In this document: piece by piece, positions 12,540-26,503 of the stretch
Layout: every line of letters starts with the position of its first letter
How positions within the stretch are numbered: position 1 is the first letter of the stretch
Assembly: GCA_053919585.1 (NCBI GenBank)
Contig: CM132783.1
DNA: 64,000 bases
Source of the DNA: Euprymna scolopes
Taxonomy: Eukaryota
Reading direction: 5' to 3' (one strand)
The notes under the pieces: model-generated
The model's input: the letters and a program-made list of their open reading frames with translations, nothing else
Told to the model about the DNA's origin: nothing
Databases searched by the model: none
Position numbers and translations under genes: made by a program

Positions 12540-14283
12540 ATCTACACATGAAAAAGGTCCAGATAATTGTTGTCAGAAATGAAAGAATTAATAAACCGTT
12601 AAAAAGCAATAACTCGATTAGTGACACCCATGGGCATTCGTTTGCAAACGATTTCCAGCTCCAAAGGCCGTGTAGGGCCGATCTTCGGCACAAATTACGA
12701 TCTGGTAGTGCGCTTTCGATGAGTCAATTGTACTAAATATACGATATTGAGCTATTTGCTACACGAGATCCTCAATCCGGACACAGGGTATACACCAATT
12801 AAAATGAAGCCATTTATAGTTTTGGATGAATCAACTACTAACCGTTATTATTAGGCGACGAAGTCAACACAATTTGAGCACGCCATGGTGAATAACTTGT
12901 TTCAATTGCATTATCCTCAAGCAGTTGTAGAATTTCCTTTTCAATGAATCGAGCATCTTCCGCACGGTATGTTCGGGATTTAGTAGCAATAGGTTTGCAA
13001 TCAGTGATTAATTTTCGAAACAATTCCACAGGGACACAGCCGATCTTAATTTCGGTGCAGATTTTTAGAATAACTTGAGGTCTACAAAAAGAAATAGTGA
13101 ACCCTGATCTAATTTTACAAAAGCCCTCACAGTATAATATCGATACAGGTATCAGGATGCACTGTAAAGCCAACTTCTTTATACTCGCAACCATTGGATA
13201 ACATGTTCTCCGTGCAATATACGGATAGTTTGAGGGAAACGGCGGATGATGCCATGAAAATTAGGGAATTACGTATTGAAGTAGACAGCTTCATTGTTTT
13301 AACAATACGAGCACTGATAAAGTTATCAGTACTGCCGGTGTCTATGAGAGCAGTTGCTTTTTTTCCTCTAAATTCAACAATTTTAGTAATGGGGGGCAAC
13401 TATCACCACCTTTAGTATGCACTACAATAATAGCAGAAGTAGACCGTGAAGGTGTCGGCATAGTAGAACGGCACACTTTGGAGAAATGACCGAGTTTACC
13501 ACAGTTTCGATATACCTTATTGCGCACAGGGCAATGGCGGTGATCATCCTTAAAATGGCGTCTCCCCCCAGAGCTGTAACACTTGCCATGGGCAGGAATA
13601 GCAGCGGAACATTGTACAGAATCACACTCCATACGAGAACCAATAGAATCATAAATGTTAGTAATAGTGACCTCCTAGGCAGGATCAGTAGACACAGTTT
13701 TAGTTATAATAGAAGCAGTAGTAGTAGTAGCAGCGACTGATATAATAAAGAAAGCGTATGATTCCGTACGGAATTGAGCTTGTTCTAAAGTCCTAGCAAT
13801 CTCTTTTAGTAGCCACTTTCAGAGTTAACGTATCAGTTTAAAGTAGTCTAGTACGTATTACTGAGGACCGGAGATCACGTATAAACGCATGACGGGCAGA
13901 TTCACCCCGGTAAGTAGTAGCAGTAACGCCTTTAAAGTAACAGTCAGGGGAAAGTCGATTCAAGACCTGAATATATTGGTGGGCAGCTTTGTTTTCTTGT
14001 TGCAGACGCGTGGAAAACAGATGTCTAGCATGTATAACGGATGGAGACTTGTCGCAAACACCTTTCAGTAATCCGAAGAGTATTCACATCCTTAACAATA
14101 CTCGATAATGTCAGCAACGGTGGGTCTGATATTTAAATAAAGAACTTCGAGCTTATCAGGGTTTAACGAAGCAATAGTTGATAAATAGTAATTAAAGTTA
14201 CGATATATTTCTATCCAAAACTTGCTAGCCTAACGGCCTGCCGGGGAAATGTCAGATTTGTCCAGACGAATGATATTCTACAT
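12540..14283 (-). mobile_element. Gypsy/Ty3 gag-protease-RT fragment
   Basis: Zinc knuckle-like CYSSGG..H...CPVRNKVYRNCGKLGHFSKVC (ORF 13342-13632), aspartic protease LIDTGS (ORF 13127-13399), KPIATKSRTY..SYSPWRAQIV (ORF 12838-13194), RPYTAF..RMPMGVTN. The gag start codon is at 14283. Confidence 0.88.
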
Positions 14284-14311
14284 GAGGGAAATAGAATTTT
14301 GTTCAATAAAT

Positions 14312-14532
14312 TGTAGTGTTTTAAGTAAATGAAGACGGAAATCAAAAACTCTTTCCAAACATTTATTGAACAAAATTAACAGCTATAAATGCAAGAGAGA
14401 AAGAACAGTAGCAAAATCATGTGGGAAGAAACTGAATTTGCACATGTACTTTTTAAAATAGTAAGAATAAAACAATTTAAATGAAAATATTTTAAACAGT
14501 AAGAACAAAACAATTTAAATGAAAATATAACA
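14312..14532 (-). repeat. Putative 5' LTR of the Gypsy element
   Basis: Minus strand runs TGTTAT...AATAAA...ACTACA and ends just upstream of the primer-site position and the gag ATG. The outer boundary (14532) is uncertain and no partner LTR was found. Confidence 0.55.
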
Positions 14533-14862
14533 CAGGCGTACTTTAAAATGAACTGATTTATATTCGGCAATTGTGTTAAAAATTCGTCATTACAGGAGTT
14601 TCTGTGCCATACCTCTGGAAAAAATGTTTTACACTTTCTCGAGTAGCGATACGCATATAGAACTATATAATTTTTATGACTGATAGAAGAAATGATAATA
14701 TTACCGTGATTTCTAATATATTAAGTCTTTTCTTTAGTTCCGTGATTAGAACCCCATTTAAACATTATTTCTACACATGTTACACATGGAAATAATGCGT
14801 TTAAAAATATAGAACAAGGAGCTGTATTACCAAGTATTCATTAGAACCTCGTTATATGCTTT

Positions 14863-14863
14863 T

Positions 14864-14945
<82 letters not shown>
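14863..14945. repeat. (TTC)n(TTA)n compound microsatellite
   Basis: Direct reading. Other (TTA)n tracts at 19422-19491, 47848-47915 and 58376-58435. Confidence 0.95.
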
Positions 14946-14946
<1 letters not shown>

Positions 14947-16125
14947 TTTTCGAATAATATCACGAATAAAGAAATAAATAACGGGTATGTAATATTGGTA
15001 TAAGTAAATAAGCATGTAATGAAATATTTAAACTCTATGACTGATACTCTGTTTGGATTGATGCTGTTATTTATCAATGCTGAAAGGCTACTCGAGGATG
15101 AGGTTTAATCTATCTCTTTTTATAATCATTAACTGCAGTTAACCTATTTTGAAAAACTGTTTGTACATTTAGAAACATTCTCGGCTTTCACTTATTTTAT
15201 CTTTATGTGTTATTCACTTAGTTTGCCATCTTATCTAAATGTTTCCGAAGTGGGGAGGTTTATTTATTTATTTATTTTGCATTTTATTCCTTGGGTGTAT
15301 TTTTAGTCATTTTCTCTTGCATTATGACACTTTCTAGCTGTTCACCTATTGTCTCATTACCTTATTTTTCTCTATTAGCTCCTCCGTCAGTCGTACGCAT
15401 CACTCATTAATAACTTCATCCAATTATCGAGGTTCCGTTAAATGCATAAACAAACATCTTCGCTTGCCGTTCCTTTCGCTTCCTTCGTCCAATCCTTCGG
15501 TTCTTACAATTATTTTATTTTTTTTATTTTTCTCATTTTCTCTTCTCCATTGACGCCATCTCTGTCGGCCTCTCTAGGACTACTTTTGAAGTATTACAGT
15601 TGGAAGGCGTTCAAACCATGGCTTTAGTCTCACACAACAATAATCAAAGAGCTGCCATCATAGTACGACCGCGGGCTGTGTTGTGTTCGCTCTTAATTGG
15701 AGAGAACAGGACGCCATTTTAGTATAAAATTGAAGCGGTGGAAAATGGGGAAGCAATGTCTTATTATTATGTTTCCTTTTTATGTTGCTTAGAGAGAAAA
15801 GTAGAAAGTCTCTTTCATAGCATTACAAACGAAAGCCGGTGAAATAATAAAGACGATTTATTTACACAGTTGTATTAAGATTTGTTTCATGAGAAAATAT
15901 CGATGGCTCATTTAATTGGATTTATTCGTAACTGCCATATGGATAAGTTACTCGGTTTGGAATTCTCATCCTGCACTTTTAATCATGATTTGTTAAAAAT
16001 AGAAAATGTACGGTTCTTAACAGGCCGTATCAACGTGAAATATTTGGTTAATATCCTATAGTTCCTTCTTTAATTATTTCTTTCCGTTACTGAAATTATC
16101 GTACGGATCCAGATACCAAATTTAT

Positions 16126-16191
<66 letters not shown>

Positions 16192-16439
16192 TCCTTGTGT
16201 ATTAGTTCGTTTTTTTAACAATACAAACTCCGTCTTACACGTTGCACTTCTGGTAGAACGAGATAATACAATGAATATATATGTTATCAACCCTAGAACT
16301 TTATCGTGCTTGATTAATTGTCAGTGTATCATGAGTCGGACTGCTTTTCAACGATTCCTAAATTGCTTTTGTAAACAATAAGGACGATGCAGTCTTCCTA
16401 AAAAAGATCCAGTTCTAGAAAGTAAATTAAAAATATAAA

Positions 16440-17261
16440 AACACTTCATAATTCATTTCACAAAGTTTTGCTCTCGATAACATTTGAACCATACAAGAAA
16501 ACATTTAACTTCTTAAATATTTTACTAAATCTTTACTCTGAAACTTANNNNNNNNNNNNNNNNNNNNNNNNNNNNNNNNNNNNNNNNNNNNNNNNNNNNN
16601 NNNNNNNNNNNNNNNNNNNNNNNNNNNNNNNNNNNNNNNNNNNNNNNNNNNNNNNNNNNNNNNNNNNNNNNNNNNNNNNNNNNNNNNNNNNNNNNNNNNN
16701 NNNNNNNNNNNNNNNNNNNNNNNNNNNNNNNNNNNNNNTTTTCTGACTATTATTCTATTCTTAAATCCGTAATGCCATCAATTTGTACTGGTATTTCAAA
16801 GCTCTTTGCAAACTTAATGTAAAAAGCTAAGAATATACTGAGAAGAGAAAATGCAATTATGTACTCCCTTTTCATTTAAACCAATTTTGAAATTGACAAA
16901 AAACAGTAAATGCCCTCTCGATAACACATGACTACATACGAATATGATATATTCATAGACTTTGACTGATACCTTCTGAACCCACTTAATATACACAACT
17001 AATTTTCTCTAACGTCAATTTTCTCTAACTTCAAATCGTCAAAAAAGTTAATAATGTGCTTGAGCTTTTTTATACTAATAAACTTTCAAAATTACCATAA
17101 AAATAGGGATTGCTTTTTTGCCAGGCACTTCTCATAATTGCAATTTTGAAGATCTGATCCACAAATATATCCCTCATAATTCATGCACTTCTCAACCTGA
17201 TTATGCCAACTATATATTTGAAAACTCCACCAGCAATAATCAAATTGCACTCAAGACATAA
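16440..17261 (+). mobile_element. Penelope-like element remnant (RT thumb/linker), spans an assembly gap
   Basis: ITFEPYKKTFNFLNILLNLYSET (cf. PLE ITxExNxKxVNFLDVTLNL) and NSKCPLDN (Cys linker before GIY-YIG). Confidence 0.55.
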
Positions 17262-18325
17262 TGTTACAAATATGTGGAAAAAATATATAATTTGAGACAA
17301 TAATTACTTTTAATATTATAAATTATAAAAAAAAGGGGTCGAGAGAGAGAAAATTATGTTTTTATCGCGTTTTATATTATCGTCTGCTCTCAGTGAATTT
17401 GTAAACATCCGGAAAAAGAAAAGAAGAGAGAGAGAGAGAACATATGAAAATACAGCGAGGGGACGCCTATAAACTATAAAGAAAAAGAGAGAGGAGGAGA
17501 GAGAAGATATGAAACTAGAGAGAGGGAAAGCCGCAGGCATCCGCGTCGCGTATTATTGAGCGAGTCACGCGAGAGCGATGCAGGTACATGCAGCGAGAGA
17601 GGGGACGCCAAAGAGAGAGAGAAAGGTATACTATTAGAGAGAGGGAAAGGAGCGGCGCAGGGTGGCGAGTTAGTGACGATATATCAGTCGAAGAGCTGGG
17701 TTAAGCGACAGTGTCGGCGATGGTGACAACGTTTTATGATGCTAACGACAGCGAAGAAATGAACGAGATATTTTGACGACAGAGAAAACGAAAAAGGGCG
17801 ATAATTAGAAAGGATAATGTATTCAATATAGACGAAGGAATGAAATTGTTTAAAAAGAAAAGAATGCGATAGAAATATTTAAAACCCGACGCTGAGTGAG
17901 TCTATTGTTTATTTTTCTCTCTATATCTCTCTCTCATATATGAAAACAATAACAAAAACAAAAACACAAAAATGTTGTCCTTCCATTTTGGAGTTACAAG
18001 CAGACGACAGGATATGAACTTTTTTTTTTCTTTTGCGCGGAAATTCTCTCTCGAATCTATTTCAAGTTTGTTCATCTAGTTACATATTCTCTTTCATTTT
18101 CGTTACAATATATTTTTATATATGTAAATAAAATTGTGTTAATTTTTCCATTGGCCTCGGTATTATTACTTGGATGTGTTTTTCCTGTCTTGTGTTTATA
18201 AATGTCTTTCGAGAAAATGGATATATCCCTCCCATATCTAAAAACCCGGGAAAACTAATTTATTTTAAATAATGTTTTATATTTAGTGTTACGACTTTTA
18301 CCCCTAGACATTCCGGGTCGTAACA
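17262..18325 (+). mobile_element. Putative solo LTR inserted in the Penelope remnant
   Basis: TGTTAC...GTAACA termini, a GA/CpG-rich interior and AATAAA at ~18128. Penelope-like coding remnants resume directly after 18325. No clean TSD. Confidence 0.45.
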
Positions 18326-18620
18326 ATGTACATACACTGGATCCTCTTCGACTTTACTCTATTTGAGATATCAATTACCATATAATTTGATAATATAAAA
18401 TTTTATACCAACCATCGAACTTCTTAAACAACGTTATTGTTTGATCTACGAATATCCGTTTTTCAATTAATTCGAATGTTATATATTTAATCTACACAAT
18501 ATATATTTGCTTGCCTAAGGTTGTTAAAATAAGAAATTCCCTAAAAGCCAATGATGTAATTAATACAAAAAGCGAACTGATTTCGTCAAAATACAAATTC
18601 AGCAATTTTAAATTCACTTA
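18326..18620 (+). mobile_element. Penelope-like GIY-YIG/C-terminal remnant
   Basis: TYTGSSST..RY and INTKSELISSKYKFSNF (cf. YIG..FKxRY and LNKRSELISKCRHxNKF). Confidence 0.55.
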
Positions 18621-19421
18621 GCCCCCGTTAAAACATATTTTCTGACTCATTACTATCTTAGCATTATTACATCTCTGAGATAATCGTATTTTCTCTTGAA
18701 TAATATAGTGCCTCTCTGTTATAGTAGATTCTTTCTTCTTTGCTGCAATTAGTACGGTTCCCAGCTCTTTAAAGGGATTACATTACGGCATGTCATTTAC
18801 ACTCAAGTTCCTTTGAAGTAATAATAATCATAAACTTATTTACATTTTCTAGTGTTAAGTTTGTTCTTCTTATAACAAAATTTCCTTTATAATCTATCCG
18901 TATATTTTTAACAGGTTTCGTAACACGTTGTCATAATTAGCATTGTTGTTGTTATTTGTGCTATAGCGAATATTGGTATCCTGCCAATGGCGCTACTATA
19001 TTTATACTTCAGCATCAAGATTTAATCTACATGCCATTCAAACATCCCTATTTAAATAATGATCACAACATTGATTATCATTATAATTATAATAGATGTT
19101 TTTTTTTTCATTTTTATCTGTGTTATTTTTAGTAGCATGATAATTATTTAATTAGTATTATAAGTTCACTATTTTCTTATTAATTCTAGTTATTTTAGTA
19201 AATAACAACATCCAGAATTTCTACCACTATCAAGATAAATCGAAGTGCTTCTATAGGCACTAATGACGTTGTTGTTTATCTATTAGCATTATTGGTCTCT
19301 TATTCTTTCTTTCCTAATCTTTGGTATTCTGATATTTTTTATAAACGTAAATGCTACTATTATCCTCATTTATCATCTTCATTTAATCAATTAATCCAAC
19401 CTTTACTACTGCATCTTTATA

Positions 19422-19481
<60 letters not shown>

Positions 19482-20370
19482 ATTATTATTAGTGGTGGTG
19501 TTATTGCTTTTATTGCTATTGTTTGGTATTGTTTTACTAGTATTATTACTACACTGATATTATTATACTTTTCATTCTTTTTTCTCGTTAATGTTAGAAT
19601 TACAATAGCTGTATGATTTTTTTCAGTCAGTTGGCACCATGTATTTTCTTATTGTAAAAGCGTATCTCCGATTAACTTGGTTTCATAGATTTTTCCAGTG
19701 TATCCACTATTTACCATTGAGAAATGTACAGAAGTGGAGAAACATTTATCTCGTAAGCCTTCAGTGATATTATACTTATGATTTAACCAATACGGTTTTC
19801 TTTTGTCGGTTTATTCAGAGGAATGCGGATTTGTACAGGTGATCTATTTTCAAGCGAAATTGTGTTGTTTACATTCTGGGATTACCGGGTTTGTTTATAA
19901 AAATTCAGACAAAAAAAAACAAAAAAACATTTACACGTTCTTGAATTCTCCATCACATTTTTGCTCATACTAGAATACTGTATTAATGTAGTTTCTCATT
20001 TCTTACAAGATTTATAGATATAAACTTCTTAAAATTGCATTTCATAGCAAACTACAAAAAGGTGTTGTTTAATTTTATGCCGTAAAGTAATATAAGCATA
20101 TTGCTAAGATCTTTTTTTCCGTCTCAAAAAGAATAGTATTTTTGGAAACTTCGCGGATTAATCATTTCATAATATTTTTTTCTGTCGAACTATAAGTTTC
20201 TGTGTAAACATTTACTTCAAAGTTTGGATGTACTCTTCTATGACAATCTCTACTTACTATTGTGATGGTATCGAACTTTTATCTTGCTGGAATTACTACA
20301 AAAATAATAATATTTATATAAATTTTAAGTTTCAATTTTTGGGTCCGGAGAAATGTTCATTCTTATGCAT

Positions 20371-20448
<78 letters not shown>

Positions 20449-22329
20449 GCAATAAACGCACTTGGGTTTATGACATTTTGTTCACTATGGAACAAACACG
20501 AATGAGTTGTTTATTTGTATTCGAGTGTTCTGATCGGAATAACTCCTGTTTGTCATACTTATCTTCAATAGAAAAATCTCATAAACAATACCTGCAACGT
20601 CTACACATTTATACCTCCAAATATTTCTAGTGAATTAGGCTAGTAGTATAAACGAATAAGTAGAACTCGTTGGTGTTAATCGAAAGTATGCTTCGTGAAA
20701 AGACAACTATAATAATTGAAGTGTGTATATTAGAAATTAATCAAAGTCGTTATGTAAAATAAAATCTTAAATATATAGTACGTTCTTCACAGATCAACGG
20801 AGAATAAAGTGTATTTTAACCTTCATAATTTCGGAGAGACTGAATGATGAATTCCCGATTAGGTCAATATATTTGATTGTCAAATGTGTGAGTTTACCGA
20901 TGTAGATGACAGAAATCGGGCATTATTTGTTTGTTTTCATTTAATCGCAGATAACGTTAGGTTTCTTTGCTAGTATGCCTATATACAGAATTAATGCAAG
21001 TAAAGTGCAATAAATTCTAAATTCCCTCTGAAAAACGGAAAATAACAAAAAACGTGTGTATTTCCATTTCATCTATAAAAATGTTCAAATAGTTCAGGGA
21101 AAATGTAATTACATTATTTGCATCTACTGAACATAACTACACATAGAACATTTTTAGAAGATATTTTTCATCTATTTACAGACGATCTTATTAAATTTTC
21201 TTATGATAAATCGATATCTGGTTAAGGTACGGTCTGAAATATTGGCCTATTTCCCTCATCAATTATTAAGAAAATTTAATTTACATAAAACACACACTTT
21301 ACAATTTTTTTATCTTGTTTATGAACGATTGATTCCTATTGTAATCACCTCAATGTCCCTGTTATGACATTACCATTATTTAATTACTTATTGTAGGAGA
21401 AATACATTATACTAAAAAATTATAATTTTTTTTAGGTATAAATTAATGCTTCCCTAAAATATATATTAATTTAGACGTAGTTTGCATTTGGTATGTTTTT
21501 TTTCTGCAGGGGCACAATTGTTATCATTTATCCTTAAAAATTAAAAACCATGCTAGAAAGAATATACAGACATGAATAAAATAAGACAGGGTCAATAATT
21601 TCTGAGTACTTTCATATTGCTTGGCATCTAGCCTATTTAGTGGTTCTTATTGTCTTTCATTTAGATCATATGACGTTTAAAAATTGTTGATGAAATTGGT
21701 GTCGATGTTGTTTAATTTGCAATTTTAGGTATTTCCAATTCGAGCACCATATTCGAGTTCAAAACACGACGCCGCTACTCTTATAGCCCCGTTAAATATT
21801 GTAAAGAAAAATAGAACGCCAAAATAAACTAACAACATGTATTACAAACCATACATGCGTTGTCTGTCGTAACCGACGAATATTTAGGGAGAGCATACGG
21901 ATATTTACTGTTATTTTTCGGCTCAGGATTTTGGAATTTATTTACATTGGATATGTCTTTTATTAGGAAACATAGGTTACTTCAACAACTAACAGCACAT
22001 GAGCAGTTTGTCAATTTAGTATTCGTGCTGATTAAGAAAATATACACAGAATAAGTACTATTGTTTCTCACGGTAAAGCGCATTAACTTCTATGAGAATT
22101 GAATTAGTTGGGCTGTAAAAATAAACATATCCAAATGTAATCCATATGTTTATGGTGCTAATTGATTTGTGACAACTATTATTTTTTTAATAAATCATGC
22201 CCTTCACCTCTTGCTATGTGGTTTTTTCTTTTTATTTTCTCCACTTTATTTATAATTTACTTTTATCATATTTTCGATTTTATTTTTTACGTTTTTTTTT
22301 TTCGTAACTTGTCTTTTTATTACATTTTC

Positions 22330-22900
22330 ACCTCAAACAAGGCACATTGCCACTTTGGTGTAGGAGGTTAATATCAGGGACAAAAACTACTGGGGAGTTG
22401 GGCAGTAAGATGTCGGTTCACATTACACTGTAAATTCTGTATATCAGTACAGTTCGGAAGCAGGAAGCCTGAATGGAATTCCAAAATCTAGCGACTCTGG
22501 GGTAGACACCACTAGAGTAGAAAACTCTCTTTCATATAGGGATCTCCACTGTGTAGAAGTAGGAGTACTCTGTTTGTCCAGGGTATTTGCGTCGGTGGGG
22601 GGCACAAGTGCTTGCAGTTTTTTAGAGCATTCACCATTAAAATACTTATAGAAGAAGCAGAGTGACGAAACATTTCGTTGTTGGAGCAGAGGCTGCAGCT
22701 CAGATGACAGTTCAGGACCTATCAGGTTGGAGCTTCTCTTTTGAACCTTGTCTAGGAGTGAGAGATTAGTAGCAGATGCACCAGCCCAAATATGACAACA
22801 ATACTCCGTACATGGGCGAAGGGTGGCCTTATAGAAGTACAGGATTCTTTCGGGCGTAAATAGTATTCTAGCACGGTAGAGAGAACCTACCCGTTTCGCA
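22330..22900 (-). mobile_element. CR1-group LINE family B, 3' fragment
   Basis: ORF 22444-23136 contains VGSLYRARILFTPERILYFYKATLRPCTEYCCHIWAGA..LQPLLQQRNVSSLCFFYKY. Confidence 0.85.
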
Positions 22901-23760
22901 GCTGTAATGTTTATTTTATTCCCACCATTTGTATCTTGCGTCGAAACTGTTTCTGATGCATTCGACATTATGAAACTTATGTAAATCTGAATTTTGTGCC
23001 GTGTATTGCACACTAAGTAATGTCTGAAGTCTAAACAAACAAAGTCTGTAACGGAGTCAGAATGTCGGTAATGTTTTCTTTTTAAAAACGTACAGATTTT
23101 TGTCCAAGGTGACCATGTTTTATTTATAATCGCCATTCGACTTTTTATATAAAATTCGATCTTTCCGTAAGTTTACAAATTGTTTTACGAAATATAAAGA
23201 AAAACAAATGAATTTCATTATTTATTAGTTCTCTCAATGGTAAAACAATGACTATTGTGTAAAAAGATTATACAGGAGTTAACTCGTTTAAAAGTTACCC
23301 TTTTCATTCGAAAGCAGACCGTTTTCTACTTTACATCAAACAAAAATATTCTGCAAATATATATGCATCTTTGTGTAAATATGCACTTTAAATTAGAAGT
23401 GTACTACGACCACTTTGTTTTTTTTGGTCTNNNNNNNNNNNNNNNNNNNNNNNNNNNNNNNNNNNNNNNNNNNNNNNNNNNNNNNNNNNNNNNNNNNNNN
23501 NNNNNNNNNNNNNNNNNNNNNNNNNNNNNNNNNNNNNNNNNNNNNNNNNNNNNNNNNNNNNNNNNNNNNNNNNNNNNNNNNNNNNNNNNNNNNNNNNNNN
23601 NNNATTATTAAAAACGTGGAAGAAATTGCTCAATACTATTGCAGAGTAAATATGTATATTTTATTAACGGTTTATCTGCTTTGTTACATATATTTCGGTT
23701 ACCAAATCCTTACAACGACCCGGTAACTGCATCATCCTTTACAGAAATGTTTATTATTTG

Positions 23761-24545
23761 TAGTAAAACGATATTCGAGGAAGCACAAGAAACGGTGGGG
23801 AAAAGAATTGTAATTCTAATTCGACAGCAGTTAAGTTTTAAGATTTAAGAAACATTAGAAGGTGCTAAGGGTTGAAGTTGGGTTTAAAATATTCAACAAG
23901 ACACGGATGGAAATAGAAGGAGGGGGAGAGAGTTAAAGGGGGGAAAAGAAGGGTGTAAGATGGTAAAACTTGCAAGGCGGATGAAGGGGAAAAGAGAATG
24001 AAAAGTACTAAAACAAGCAGTTAAGGATGTGGCGCTAACTAGTGGACTGTCGCGGTTATTTGCCATAGGGAAATCGATAATTTATAGTCAATGCATTTAA
24101 ATAGATGAATGCACTTAAGTTGGATGTAACTAAGTTTGCTTTGAGAGAATGCATCTTAGTTATTGCAAAATACGCCTCCTCAAACACGCTCCCCTCATAA
24201 ACCGCATAGATTTATTACGTGTAAAATTCCTCATGACATGTACCCACAACTAACCCGTCAGTCCACAAGTAAGCACCAAATCCTTAACTTGTAATTCTCC
24301 TTCTCCTTGTAGTTCTTATCTCTCCCTTTCTCCCCATTTCCGCCTTTTCAGTTTTACCCATCTTATAGCCTTCTTTTCCACCCTTTTTCACTCTCCTCTT
24401 CTTCATTCCTATGTGTCTACTAGAATATTTTTACCCCCTCGCTTCTTATCACCTTTCAATGTTTCTTAAAATATTAAACCTTAACTGTTGTCGAATTAGA
24501 ATTTAAATCCTCCCTTTTTGTGTTTCCTTAAATATAGTTTAGCTA
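23761..24545. mobile_element. Foldback/MITE-like element with ~300-bp diverged inverted arms
   Basis: aattctaattcgacagcagttaag (~23812) pairs with cttaactgttgtcgaattagaatt (~24480). The complementarity continues inward to gtggactg (~24042) / cagtccac (~24259). Confidence 0.8.
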
Positions 24546-24626
24546 ATCATAATTACCATTTCTGTAAAGTATGATGAATTTACTGGATCGTTGAACAGAA
24601 CCTGTGTAACTAAGCAGATAAAATCG

Positions 24627-24701
<75 letters not shown>

Positions 24702-24919
24702 GATACTTCCGTTCAGTCTACAAAAGAAAAAGACACTGTGGATGCAGCTATGGCAGCACAACGAAGGCCTTAAATTACTAAGTTTTTTTTTCTTATTATC
24801 TCCCCTCTGATGTTGAGCATGTGGTACAATCTGGAAAACGTAGCTAGTAATTTTTAAATCAATCTAAAACCAAGCTTTATATTATTCCGCCATCAATTGA
24901 ATTGAATAGCTCCTCCCTT

Positions 24920-25430
24920 GGTGGGGTTAGATGTTTTGGACCAGCATCTGAGCTTGACATTTGATCCTTACCTGAAATGAAATACGTACACAATATCCTT
25001 CTAGCCATCAAGTAGATATCTATCTGGTGAAAAAATTATCCGCCTATATAAAAGCCCAAGCATGGGGTATTGCTGTCACACCTGTGCACGAGCTACTAGG
25101 AATACCATATTCTGCTTTGACAGAGTTCAGCATAGACTTCGAATGCATTTCCCCTTCCCTTAAAGTTCTATCTCATAGAAGAGACGATTAGAGCATGCCC
25201 CTGTTTATCGTTTTTTTCATGGCCAGTGTTCGTCTGAGCTCTAATCTATTTTTCCTCTCGCCAAACTCTCACAAGTAAACGCTATCAATAATTTCCCCAA
25301 CTATTTATATGTGCCTAAACCTAAACGTAAATTCCAAGAACAAGGATTCTTAGAAATGCCCACCTGTATAATTTTCTTCCGTTTAACTGCTTTCCAGCTG
25401 ACTACAATATGGCTGACTGCAATTCCAAGT
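24920..25430 (+). mobile_element. Decayed LINE family A 3' fragment
   Basis: Aligns by eye to 11820-12390 (gatgttttg..cctgaaatgaaatacgtaca, tctcatagaagagacg, tgtgcctaaa, gactacaa). Confidence 0.75.
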
Positions 25431-26503
25431 GGTTTCTGGGGTTTGATAAGTGGTGGGCGTTTATAAAAAAAATACGTATTTCAGTGTATAATAAATTAAT
25501 TATTCTGCATTAATCAAATATATATTATCTCTGGGTGATGCCGACCGGCTGACCGGATTGCGAGTATATCTTTAAATATGATAATTTGTATTAGAAAGAG
25601 CACATCTGAACATAGGTACTCAAGTCATTTTTAATCGACGTATGATATATTTAGTATATGTATACATATATGTGGACAAATTTTGGATAAGTGTTCATCT
25701 CTATACTTGGGTTAGTTCTGGGTCAAAATTGAAGAAAATGACACTAAGGAGTCAACTGTTTTTCAACTGCTTACGTATGACAGCTGACCTATGGTCAGAA
25801 CAATAATTTTGAAAAGTCATTAAAATCGTAGCAATCTTGCCGATGAGTTGTCGTACACAAATCTTTGTCTTTAGGTTTTAGATTTATAACATAATAGTCA
25901 ATTGCATGTTTTATATTTTACCTTTTTGCTTCATTATTTTAAAGAAATTCAACGTTACGTTAAATACCGGGCATCTCCGTGTACACATGCTTGTATATGT
26001 ATATATATATATACTGATTTTAGTTACGTTAATGGTTTGGTGAAATTAGCTGAACATTATTATTTACTGAAACAAGGTTTTTAAAAGAACTAATGCCGAC
26101 GATGCAGAAGAATACAGAACCGTTTGGATAATATATCTTAGCTTTGTGTGTGTTTATAGCCAGCACATATTTTTTTTTTAAATAAAATCAGAGATTCTTT
26201 ATTCGGTAGTGGTTTTATTTGCATATGGGATTTACTTGCATGCTTAAGGGATTTATTTATTTATTTTTAAATTAAAACATGGCACATATATTGTGCTAAA
26301 GCGGTAGCATTCCATACAGTTAAATAAACTATACTCCCATAATATATATAAAAATGATATAAACCNNNNNNNNNNNNNNNNNNNNNNNNNNNNNNNNNNN
26401 NNNNNNNNNNNNNNNNNNNNNNNNNNNNNNNNNNNNNNNNNNNNNNNNNNNNNNNNNNNNNNNNNNNNNNNNNNNNNNNNNNNNNNNNNNNNNNNNNNNN
26501 NNN

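Noticed and set aside
22444-23136. 230-aa ORF as a host gene
   Set aside because: Chance fusion of flanking DNA with a LINE family B RT C-terminal fragment.
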